This document shows positions 35,768 to 44,796 of a stretch of 64,000 bases of DNA, piece by piece. The notes beneath the pieces are model-generated. The model did no database searches, was not told the origin of the DNA, and worked only from the letters and a program-made list of their open reading frames with translations. A program made the translations under genes and the position numbers. This DNA comes from a virus (lineage: Duplodnaviria > Caudoviricetes). Every line of letters starts with the position of its first letter. Within the stretch, counting starts at the first letter, position 1. The DNA lies in the IMG/VR virus record IMGVR_UViG_3300020187_001966; one strand, 5' to 3'.

Positions 35768-37885
35768 ATGGCATTAAAAAGTAATGGAGTAACGCAGGTA
35801 CCTGATGGATTGGGTAGTGCTGACCAAGTATTAAAAGTAAATTCTGCTGGTACTGCTGGAGAGTGGGGTACAATCACCAGCAGTGATTTAACAGAAGGTA
35901 GTACAAATTTATTTTTTACAGACGCCAGAGCGGATGCCCGAGTGGCATTGCTGGTAGATTCTGCTCCAAGCACATTAGACACATTAAATGAGTTAGCTGC
36001 CGCTTTAGGCGATGATGCTAACTTCAGTACAACAGTTACAAACAGTATTGCTACTAAACTACCTCTAGCTGGTGGCACTATAACAGGTAACATTAACTTT
36101 GGTAACCTCGACAAAGCCATCTTTGGTATTAATTCTAACTTACAGATTTTCAGCGATGATACGAATTCTTTTATACAAGAATCACATCCAGTTGGGAATC
36201 TTTATATAAAAACAGAAAGTTTTAATGTAGGTAGACACGCAAATACAGAATTGTATATAACCGCATTTTCAGAAGGAGCAGTAAATCTTTACCACGATAA
36301 TGCTAAGAAGCTTGAAACAACATCAACAGGTATAGATGTAACAGGCGTTATAACTACAGATAGTATGACTACTTCAGGCAACGTTGGTATTGGTACAGCT
36401 ACTCCAACAGCAAAGCTACAGATAGGCGATGATTGGACTATTAATAGTTCATACGGAAGTAGTAACTTATACATTAAACACGGAAGCCCTATAGCTGACG
36501 GTGACCCAAGGATCAACTTAACTTCCGACATAGGTCTCATAATATCTAAGAACAGCACCAACACTAGCGGCCCTACTGAAGTAGGTCTTGTGCTACACAA
36601 CGATGACACCACCGCAGGTGCGTTCTCTCCTATGCTCTTGTTTACAAAAAGAGAGTCAGGGCCTTCTCCGTATAAAGCAACAATGGCAGGAATATGGGCA
36701 AAATCTCCAACAGGAACCGGAGCCAGTGATTCTTGGATTGATGGTGAACTACACTTTGGAACAGCAGGAAATGGTACACTTGGTGTTGTATCCAATATGG
36801 TTATTAATAAAGAAGGCAATGTTGGTATTGGTACTACTGCGCCGTATAGTACGCTGCAGGTAGGTGATCCTGAAGATACAACCGCAGCACTACTGACTAT
36901 TGCTTCTCGTTACAATGGTGGTGGTGGGCCAGTACTAAACTTTAGATCTGGCCACGGAAGTAACAGTAGTGTGTGGGACATGGGTAGGATATTAGTAACT
37001 GATGATGGTAACTATAACGGAAAAATACACTTCCAAACTGGCGTTGGTGGTCAGCAGGCTCCTACCACCAAGATGACAATAAAAGCTAATGGCTATGTAG
37101 GTATTGGGACTAGTTCTCCAGCTGGTCCATTAGAAATTAATACTGGGACTGGTGTTGATATCCTAGGAAACACAGTAGTTATAACTAGACCTGCTGCTAG
37201 TGACTATTCAGCAATCACTTTCAGAACCGGGTCAACAGCTGACTGGAGCGCGGGTCAAAACTCTGTTGGTGGATTTGGTATCTGGGAGAACGGCTCTGGT
37301 GCCTTAAATAGGTTCATTATTAAAGATGGTGGTAATGTGGGTATTGGTGAAGTTAATCCTTTACATCCGTTGCATGTTGATGGTACAATATACTCTACAA
37401 ATAATATCCAATTAAACTCAACTAAACAAGTGTTGTTTGGAAATGGTAATCAATATATTAAAGGTACAAATGATACTTCTATAGAAATTGGTACAGGAGG
37501 AACTGCTACTATAACAGCTACACATGCTGGCGATGTTGAGATTTCAGGTGCGTTAAACCTTTCGGACACCGCTGTTCTTGATAATGCAACAGCAACAACA
37601 ACGACAGTATCTCAGACAGCAATTGACCAGTGGTCCGCATCAACATATGGTGGTGGCAAGATAATTGTTGAAGCAAAGGCTGGTGCTGAAAGACAGATCA
37701 CAGAATTGCTTGTTACTCACAATGGAACTACGGCAAGTGCTGTTGAGTATGGAGCGGTGTTTACAAATGGCAGGTTGGCAACATATGATGTTGACATTTC
37801 AGGCGGTAATGTGAGAATACTAGTAGTGGCTTCATCCACAACTTCAACTTCATATAAAGTTGCAAGAACAACAATGTTTGCATAG
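35768..37885 (+). CDS. Tail-fibre-like protein
   Basis: 705 aa; GNVGIGT..P repeats; SAP.TLDTLNELAAALGDD module. Confidence 0.7.
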   Translation: MALKSNGVTQVPDGLGSADQVLKVNSAGTAGEWGTITSSDLTEGSTNLFFTDARADARVALLVDSAPSTLDTLNELAAALGDDANFSTTVTNSIATKLPLAGGTITGNINFGNLDKAIFGINSNLQIFSDDTNSFIQESHPVGNLYIKTESFNVGRHANTELYITAFSEGAVNLYHDNAKKLETTSTGIDVTGVITTDSMTTSGNVGIGTATPTAKLQIGDDWTINSSYGSSNLYIKHGSPIADGDPRINLTSDIGLIISKNSTNTSGPTEVGLVLHNDDTTAGAFSPMLLFTKRESGPSPYKATMAGIWAKSPTGTGASDSWIDGELHFGTAGNGTLGVVSNMVINKEGNVGIGTTAPYSTLQVGDPEDTTAALLTIASRYNGGGGPVLNFRSGHGSNSSVWDMGRILVTDDGNYNGKIHFQTGVGGQQAPTTKMTIKANGYVGIGTSSPAGPLEINTGTGVDILGNTVVITRPAASDYSAITFRTGSTADWSAGQNSVGGFGIWENGSGALNRFIIKDGGNVGIGEVNPLHPLHVDGTIYSTNNIQLNSTKQVLFGNGNQYIKGTNDTSIEIGTGGTATITATHAGDVEISGALNLSDTAVLDNATATTTTVSQTAIDQWSASTYGGGKIIVEAKAGAERQITELLVTHNGTTASAVEYGAVFTNGRLATYDVDISGGNVRILVVASSTTSTSYKVARTTMFA

Positions 37886-37892
37886 GTGTATA

Positions 37893-38606
37893 ATGGGATC
37901 AATATATAATACAGATAGTCGAGTTAGTGACCAGTTAATTGTGCACTTAGATGCGACTAATACTAAATCATATCCTGGCAGTGGAACTGTTTGGAAAGAT
38001 CTGAGCGGAAATAACTATGATTTCACGCTGTCATCTTCAGGAGTCTATAATTCTACAGGTGTAACGCATATGGCTTTTCAAGGTAGTAATGAGATGGCAT
38101 CTCATTCTAGTGGTGACATTCCCATATCTCAAACCAATGGTGTAACTTATATTGTTGCAACACGTCCAAAGTCTGGCGGTCAGGCTTATAAGACACTGAC
38201 GAGAGGGACTGCTACAGATCATCACGTTCTAATTAGAAATGGTATTGATATAGGTTCGTGGGCTCATAATGATGGAAATTTTCTGGATTCAGGAATAAAT
38301 CAAAGTGAATTACCCAGCCATGCTAATAATGATTGGATACTAATGTATTTCCGTTGGGCAAACGGACAAGGCTTCAGATTTAGCTATAACGATACGCCAA
38401 GTGTTATACGAAGCACAGTAACAAATACAGCTGGCCAATATAATTCTGGAGGTTTTGCGACTTTGGGTAACTATCAGGTTGGGGGACAGCCTTGGGGAGA
38501 TATAGCTCTTTTTGCCGTATGGGAAACAGAACTTACTGATGCTCAACTAACTTCGATGTACATGGCTTACAAAACTCGTTTCAGTTTACCGGGGTCTGGA
38601 TTATGA
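37893..38606 (+). CDS. LamG/concanavalin-A-like lectin domain protein 1
   Basis: LDATNTKSYPGSGTVWKDLSGN; the likely start is ATG 37893 rather than 37860. Confidence 0.7.
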   Translation: MGSIYNTDSRVSDQLIVHLDATNTKSYPGSGTVWKDLSGNNYDFTLSSSGVYNSTGVTHMAFQGSNEMASHSSGDIPISQTNGVTYIVATRPKSGGQAYKTLTRGTATDHHVLIRNGIDIGSWAHNDGNFLDSGINQSELPSHANNDWILMYFRWANGQGFRFSYNDTPSVIRSTVTNTAGQYNSGGFATLGNYQVGGQPWGDIALFAVWETELTDAQLTSMYMAYKTRFSLPGSGL

Positions 38607-39286
38607 GTTTAAATCATGGCCCAAGAACAATCATACCAGATGGATTAATTCTACACTTAGATGCAGCTAACACTAAATCATATCCTGGTAATGGAACTGT
38701 TTGGAAAGATTTAAGTGGGAATGGCCGAGATGGTACGTTAATTGATGGTGTGGGGTATAGTACTGATAATGGCGGCACTTTAGTTTTTGACGGCACAGAC
38801 GATTATGTTGATTGTGGCAATGATAATATACTTTCTCCACCTTACCTAACTGCATCCGTGATATGCAAGCAGACTTCTTTTTCCACTAGGGGCCACATCA
38901 TGGGACGAGGCGCTGGGGATGATGGAAACTTTTATATAGTCCTTGAAACAAACAGGAAAATGAGATTGTATGTGGACTATGGGTCTGGTTGGGTCGTGGC
39001 CGGGGAATTTAACAATTTTCCTTTAAATGCTTGGACACAAATTACAGTTACACATGATGGATTGGTTACTAAAATATACATTAATGGTGTTTTGGAAGTA
39101 TCGAGTAATAGAGTAGGTACGCTGAGAAGTTGGCAAGCTAACCCACTGCTTATAGGTGGAAGCTCAAATGATGCTACTAAAGTTGCAACCGGAAACATAT
39201 CATCCGCGCAAATGTATAACCGCGCATTAAATCAGTCAGAAATTTTAAACAACTTTGAAATACTACGTGGAAGGTATAGCATCTAA
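38603..39286 (+). CDS. LamG/concanavalin-A-like lectin domain protein 2
   Basis: GLILHLDAAN.KSYPG.GTVWKDLSGN...FDGTDDYV...YNRAL...EI. Confidence 0.8.
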   Translation: MSLNHGPRTIIPDGLILHLDAANTKSYPGNGTVWKDLSGNGRDGTLIDGVGYSTDNGGTLVFDGTDDYVDCGNDNILSPPYLTASVICKQTSFSTRGHIMGRGAGDDGNFYIVLETNRKMRLYVDYGSGWVVAGEFNNFPLNAWTQITVTHDGLVTKIYINGVLEVSSNRVGTLRSWQANPLLIGGSSNDATKVATGNISSAQMYNRALNQSEILNNFEILRGRYSI

Positions 39287-40500
39287 TGGCAATTGTAGCG
39301 GGAATACCAACATTGGTACAAGATGGGCTTATATTTTATATGGACCTTGGAAACAGTAGGCTATTTAAAGATAAGCCTACCACAAATATGCTTGGCACTG
39401 GTTTTGATATTACCGGGTGGGGTGGTACAGCAAGCCGGGCAGCAGACACTACAGTTTCACTAGACACTTATAAGGGTGGCACTGTATGGCGACTACAAGA
39501 TACTGATGGAGTTGATCCAGATGCGTATGTTGACAATATGTGGTTTGCTGATCCCACGATTGCTAATTTGACTGCTGGCGATGAATACACATTTAGCTTA
39601 GACGTTAGGGTTTTACAAAAAGCTAATACAACAAACTCCGGCGCAAATAATGCAATATGGATCTGGTATGCTGGAAGCTCAGAATTTATTTATTTTTCAG
39701 ACCTTCCGCTAAATGAATGGACCAGAGTTCACGTAACAGCTACCGTAGGGTCGTCGTACAATTATTTGAGACCCAGAATTGATTATGATAATTCTGTTAT
39801 AGAAATTGCTAACTTACAATTTGAAGCTGGTAATATTGCGTCAGCCTATGTGGACGGCGTGCGCTCTGATACAGATAGTATTTTAGATACTTCTTCGTCA
39901 AAACAAGTGGTGACTCCATATTCATTAACATATAGACAAAGTGATACTCCTATATTTGACGGGTCACTTGATAAAATACATGCAGGAGTGATACCAGGAA
40001 TTGATAGCTCTGCTACAGCGTTCACAGCCAGTGTTTGGGTAAAGCCTACAAGAGCTTCTGTTTGCTTACTATTAGAGAACGGCAATGGTTACACGACCAA
40101 TACATTTTACTTAGCGCAAGAAAATGCAACAGAATTCATATTTGAAGTTTATGGAACCGCCACCAATGGAACCAACAACTACGACGCTGTTTTTGCAAAT
40201 TATGCGTATCAACTAGATGTTTGGTATAATTTAACAGGTGTGTGGTCTGCTAACAATAGAGTTGAACTGTATACAAATGGTGTAAATACTAGTGGGAGGC
40301 TAATCGGCAGCGTAAGAGCGACAGTGAGGGATGGTAATACCGATTTAATGGTGGGTTGTAGGCCCCATAATGTGACTGGAACAAACCATTCTTACGCCTT
40401 TAAGGGTGAGCTTCCACAAGTTATGTTGTATAATAGAGCACTTTCACCAGCAGAAATTGACCAAAACTATCAAGCACTCAGATATCGATACGGTGTATAA
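39286..40500 (+). CDS. LamG/concanavalin-A-like lectin domain protein 3 with an inserted carbohydrate-binding-like domain
   Basis: GLIFYMDLGN...FDGSLD...YNRALSPAEI.QNY. Confidence 0.7.
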   Translation: MAIVAGIPTLVQDGLIFYMDLGNSRLFKDKPTTNMLGTGFDITGWGGTASRAADTTVSLDTYKGGTVWRLQDTDGVDPDAYVDNMWFADPTIANLTAGDEYTFSLDVRVLQKANTTNSGANNAIWIWYAGSSEFIYFSDLPLNEWTRVHVTATVGSSYNYLRPRIDYDNSVIEIANLQFEAGNIASAYVDGVRSDTDSILDTSSSKQVVTPYSLTYRQSDTPIFDGSLDKIHAGVIPGIDSSATAFTASVWVKPTRASVCLLLENGNGYTTNTFYLAQENATEFIFEVYGTATNGTNNYDAVFANYAYQLDVWYNLTGVWSANNRVELYTNGVNTSGRLIGSVRATVRDGNTDLMVGCRPHNVTGTNHSYAFKGELPQVMLYNRALSPAEIDQNYQALRYRYGV

Positions 40501-40503
40501 ATA
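40496..40503 (+). promoter_or_regulatory. Late promoter TATAAATA
   Basis: Exact consensus. Confidence 0.65.
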
Positions 40504-40526
40504 CATAAAATAAGGAATATAATACA

Positions 40527-41216
40527 ATGGCCAATGATCAAAAGTTTACAGTTCCACATGGAGTAACAACTCCAACTGTTTTATTTGCAAGTGATGTTGT
40601 AAATGCCACTGACACAATTAGCGCAACAATGGTTGCTGGTGATGCAGTAGAATTTACTGGTGATGCTGGTCAGCTATTAAAAATTTCAGATAGTCAAACG
40701 GGTACACTATTTGCGGTAAATGATACATCAGGTGTTACAAGTATCGGAGTGGATGAAGATGGTACAGTTAAATTGGCCGAGGCATTTGGCGATGTTCTTG
40801 TCGGCACACGCACCAATACCTCTACTGGATTACTTCAAGTAGATGGAGCAGTAGCGGCCAAAGTTTATCACGAATTATTTACTGTTGGTAATATAGCTGC
40901 TAACACTGTAAGTTTAGATTTAAACACCGGTGCAAGTGTTGTAACTGTATCAACGCCAGGTGCTAATTTTACTTTAGCGATTGCAAATGTACCTAATACT
41001 GGTAACACAACTACAGGTATAGCAACGATCGTATCACAAGGCAGCAATCCGTTTATTCCTCACGCATTGACAGTAAATGGTTCTGCCGTAACTATTAATT
41101 GGTTGGGTGGTTCAGCTCCGGCTGGAGCAGCTAGTAAGACTGACGTGTTTGCATTTACATTAATCAATACTGGCGGGGCATTCTCTGCGCTGGGATCAAA
41201 AAGTTCGTTTGGATAA
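40527..41216 (+). CDS. Structural protein (229 aa)
   Basis: TAAGGA SD; Thr/Gly-rich beta-type composition; C-terminal I.WLGG..P...DVFAFT. Confidence 0.6.
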   Translation: MANDQKFTVPHGVTTPTVLFASDVVNATDTISATMVAGDAVEFTGDAGQLLKISDSQTGTLFAVNDTSGVTSIGVDEDGTVKLAEAFGDVLVGTRTNTSTGLLQVDGAVAAKVYHELFTVGNIAANTVSLDLNTGASVVTVSTPGANFTLAIANVPNTGNTTTGIATIVSQGSNPFIPHALTVNGSAVTINWLGGSAPAGAASKTDVFAFTLINTGGAFSALGSKSSFG

Positions 41217-41219
41217 TAT

Positions 41220-43133
41220 ATGCCTTCAACATTAAGATTAACTAGTAAGATATTAAGCACTATTACACCTGCTACAGTGACCGGCGATAGCGCACCAGCT
41301 GTAACAACATTTAATATGCTTATTGAGACTACCACAGAGAATGAGAGTTTTACAATAGCTTGTCAGAACCATGGTACATTTAATGCAACTATCGATTGGG
41401 GAGATGGCTCTACCTCTACAGTCACATCATATAATGACGCCGACTTAGGGCACACATACGTATCTGCTGGCGACCATCTTATACGAATTTCAGGCGTCTT
41501 CCCAAACATCTATATGTATAATGCAACATCGGCTAATAAATTGAAGGTAAAACAAGTCCAAAACCTTGGTAATATGAATTGGTTACGTTTGAACTACGCT
41601 TTTTATGGCTGTGCTAACATGACAACATTTATCGCAGGAACTTGTGATACTTCAGGAAATTCAACAACGGCTTTGATGTTTTATGGATGTACTAACCTTG
41701 TTAGTGTTAATGTAAGTGGCTTTGATACATCCAATGTTACAAATATGAGAACAATGTTCATGCGGATGGAAAATATTCTTTTTTTAGATGTGTCTTCCTT
41801 GGATACATCATCGTGTACAAATATGGAACAGATGTTTAGACAATGCCACGCTCTTCAAACACTTAATATGAGTGGCTTTGATACATCTAATGTTACAAAT
41901 ATGCAGTATATGTTTGAGCAAAATCATGCTATGACGGCATGTAATATGAGTGGCTTTGATACATCTAATGTTACAAATATGCAGTATATGTTTGCACGAT
42001 GCTATGCTATACCGTCAATTGACGTAACCAACTTTAATACATCTAATGTTACAAATATGTATGCGATGTTCCACAACACTAATAATCTCACGTCAATTGA
42101 TGTAAGTGGCTTTAATACATCTAATGTTACAAATATGGCTCATATGTTTAGTGAGGCTCATTCCCTGACATCTCTTGATTTGAGTACCTTTGATACATCT
42201 AATGTAACAAGAATGGAATCCACATTGAAAAACTGCAAGGTTATGACTAATGTAGACCTAAGTAACTGGAACACATCGTCGTGTACAAATATGAGTTGGT
42301 TCTTTGGCAGATGCCATCTTCTTCAAACAGTCGATGTAAGTCACTTTGATACTTCATCTGTTGCTGATATGCAGTTTATGTTTTCATACTTGTACAATCT
42401 TCCATCAATTGACGTAACCAACTTTAACACATCTAATGTTACAAACATGTATGCGATGTTCCACGAAATGAGGTTAATAACATCACTTGACGTAACCAAC
42501 TTTGATACATCTAATGTTACAAATCTGGCTCATATGTTTAGTGCTCAGAGTGTTATGACATCTCACGATTTGAGCAACTTTAATACATCGTCGTGTACTC
42601 GCATGGACAGAATGTTTAATCGATGCAGTGATCTCACATCACTTGACCTAAGTAGCTTTGATACATCTAATGTTACAAATATGAACGCAATGTTTGAAAA
42701 ATGCTATGATCTCACATCACTTGACCTAAGTAGCTTTGATACATCTAATGTTACAGATATGAACAGTATGTTTCGAGAGCTCACAAATATGCCTATACTT
42801 GATTTGAGTAACTTTGATACTTCTCTTGTAACAGATATGTGGGCGATGTTTTATAGAACCATAAATGTGACTGACATTATAGGAATTGAAAACTTTAATA
42901 TTGAGGCTCTAAATCAAACGGATCATTTGCAGTATTTCTTTTCGGGAGGCACTCTGCCAACAGCTCGATATGACGCACTGCTAATTAATTGGGATGCGCA
43001 AGATCCATTGGACAATATGTACTCAATAGATCTTGGTAATTCCACATACACCGCAGGTGGCACAGCAGCCGCGGCACGAGCTAATCTGATTAGCACTGAC
43101 GGATGGTCAATACTAGATGGAGGAACAGCATAA
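41220..43133 (+). CDS. BspA/DUF285-like 26-residue repeat protein with an N-terminal PKD-like domain
   Basis: More than 15 units of xxLDxSxFDTSNVTNMxxMF; IDWGDGS at the N-terminus. Confidence 0.85.
   Translation: MPSTLRLTSKILSTITPATVTGDSAPAVTTFNMLIETTTENESFTIACQNHGTFNATIDWGDGSTSTVTSYNDADLGHTYVSAGDHLIRISGVFPNIYMYNATSANKLKVKQVQNLGNMNWLRLNYAFYGCANMTTFIAGTCDTSGNSTTALMFYGCTNLVSVNVSGFDTSNVTNMRTMFMRMENILFLDVSSLDTSSCTNMEQMFRQCHALQTLNMSGFDTSNVTNMQYMFEQNHAMTACNMSGFDTSNVTNMQYMFARCYAIPSIDVTNFNTSNVTNMYAMFHNTNNLTSIDVSGFNTSNVTNMAHMFSEAHSLTSLDLSTFDTSNVTRMESTLKNCKVMTNVDLSNWNTSSCTNMSWFFGRCHLLQTVDVSHFDTSSVADMQFMFSYLYNLPSIDVTNFNTSNVTNMYAMFHEMRLITSLDVTNFDTSNVTNLAHMFSAQSVMTSHDLSNFNTSSCTRMDRMFNRCSDLTSLDLSSFDTSNVTNMNAMFEKCYDLTSLDLSSFDTSNVTDMNSMFRELTNMPILDLSNFDTSLVTDMWAMFYRTINVTDIIGIENFNIEALNQTDHLQYFFSGGTLPTARYDALLINWDAQDPLDNMYSIDLGNSTYTAGGTAAAARANLISTDGWSILDGGTA
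41700..42850 (+). repeat. 78-bp-period coding repeats (TTTGATACATCTAATGTTACAAATATG core)
   Basis: Core recurs at 78-nt spacing, e.g. near 41878, 41956, 42034 and 42112. Confidence 0.85.
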
Positions 43134-43360
43134 TGTCTATTATAACCAGGACAGCTGGATATTTTATTATTGGCTCAAGTGCCGTTGAATTGGATGGAAA
43201 CGTACTATCATATCGTGATGATGCTCCAATACAAGAATTTGATAGTAAAGAAGAAATGATTTTAGCACACTTAACTCAGTTTCCAGATCAGTACAAGTAT
43301 AGCAAGGGAATTGATGAAGTTGATCAAGAACCATATTTACACCACTCTGACGAATTATAA
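43133..43360 (+). CDS. Hypothetical protein (75 aa)
   Basis: TAATG coupling with the upstream gene. Confidence 0.55.
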   Translation: MSIITRTAGYFIIGSSAVELDGNVLSYRDDAPIQEFDSKEEMILAHLTQFPDQYKYSKGIDEVDQEPYLHHSDEL

Positions 43361-43392
43361 ACTCTTAAAAATAGTTGCAGTTTCTAGTAAGC

Positions 43393-43400
43393 GATAAATA
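43393..43400 (+). promoter_or_regulatory. Late promoter variant GATAAATA
   Basis: The context TAAGCGATAAATAA is repeated around 46989-46996. Confidence 0.55.
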
Positions 43401-43427
43401 AATGTGATACAAATAGGAGTACTATAC

Positions 43428-44780
43428 ATGCCAATTGGTAAAATTACAAGTAATAGTTTGGCTGCTGAAGCAGTTACAATTACTAAAATAGCACCTGGTG
43501 CTGTCGATGGCAGGATGAGTGAAATTACTGCTAATAAATTACACACAACACTTGATTTAAGTACCAAAACACTTACGCTACCACAAGAAAGTGTTACTGC
43601 CCATCAGTCTGCTCTAAGTTTAACAAAATCACAAATTAGTGATTTATCAGATTTATCTACCAACAGCGATAATTTAACAGAAGGCAGTACAAACTTATTT
43701 TTTACAGACGCTAGAGCAGATGCAAGAGCTCAGATAAAAATTGATGCTATTGTAGGATCTGCGCCAGGTACATTAGACACATTACAGGAACTAGGTGCTG
43801 CTCTAGGAGATGATCCTAACTTTGCAACGACCCTTACAACCAGTATTGCTACTAAGTTGCCACTTGTTGGTGGCACTATAACTGGACCGCTTCAATTAAC
43901 AACTGGACCGCTTCAATTAACTGCTCCAGGCACGCCTACAATTACTAGTCCTACTAGTATAATTATTAATGCTGATAGTGGTAATGGAATAATTAATTTT
44001 AGCGGAAGTAAAGTTATGAACCTAGGCGACCCTGTTAATTCTCAAGATGCTGTGACAAAGTCATATGTTGAATCATATGTTGATAGTATGATCTATAAAG
44101 ATTCGGATGTTGATACTCGTTTAAACACTAACTTAGCAACAGCAGGTCAAGTTTTATCATGGAATGGAACCATTTTTACTTGGGTAACACAATCTAGTGG
44201 TGGTGGTGTTAGTGGTAATACCACAGTTGATACAATTTACGTTGAAGAGGATATTAAATTTTTGGAGTCTGGTGCTATATTGACTACTGACCCCCCGCAC
44301 TATCAATTTGGCCTGTTTGATGGACAACAGGTAGAGCCAATATTTCCAGAAAGAATTTATTATGAAGAAGTGGTTCATACAGCCGGCTTATCCCCTTACC
44401 CCAATGTGTTTTTCAGCATGATGCCCGTGCCGCCTGCTATAATATGGTCAAAACCTAGATCAGAGGTAGCTAGCGTTGCGGTGACAATCCACTTATCCAC
44501 ATATGCATTGGATATGTCGGCCCGTAATCTCTTTGGCAGCGCCTTAATTAATTCTCAGATAATCCAAGGACACATTATACACGATGACACTACTCCAATT
44601 TTTACAATTACTAGCAATGTTTGTACCACACCTGGCACTGACCTTTCAACAGTTACAGTAACTATGGATGCAGGAGAAGATTTGAAGTTAATAGTTACAC
44701 ACCCAAACACATATGATATGGTTCGAGTTGCTGTTCACAGTAAATTTGCACTACGTTATGAACTGACCCCATATGATTAA
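43428..44780 (+). CDS. Fibre-like structural protein
   Basis: ATG 43428 follows a GGAG SD; carries the LTEGSTNLFFTDARADAR and SAPGTLDTL modules. Confidence 0.65.
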   Translation: MPIGKITSNSLAAEAVTITKIAPGAVDGRMSEITANKLHTTLDLSTKTLTLPQESVTAHQSALSLTKSQISDLSDLSTNSDNLTEGSTNLFFTDARADARAQIKIDAIVGSAPGTLDTLQELGAALGDDPNFATTLTTSIATKLPLVGGTITGPLQLTTGPLQLTAPGTPTITSPTSIIINADSGNGIINFSGSKVMNLGDPVNSQDAVTKSYVESYVDSMIYKDSDVDTRLNTNLATAGQVLSWNGTIFTWVTQSSGGGVSGNTTVDTIYVEEDIKFLESGAILTTDPPHYQFGLFDGQQVEPIFPERIYYEEVVHTAGLSPYPNVFFSMMPVPPAIIWSKPRSEVASVAVTIHLSTYALDMSARNLFGSALINSQIIQGHIIHDDTTPIFTITSNVCTTPGTDLSTVTVTMDAGEDLKLIVTHPNTYDMVRVAVHSKFALRYELTPYD

Positions 44781-44796
44781 GATAAGATAAAATAAA

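Noticed and set aside
41700-42850. CRISPR array (regularly spaced repeats)
   Set aside because: The repeats are in-frame 26-aa coding units with synonymous drift; no cas genes and no leader.
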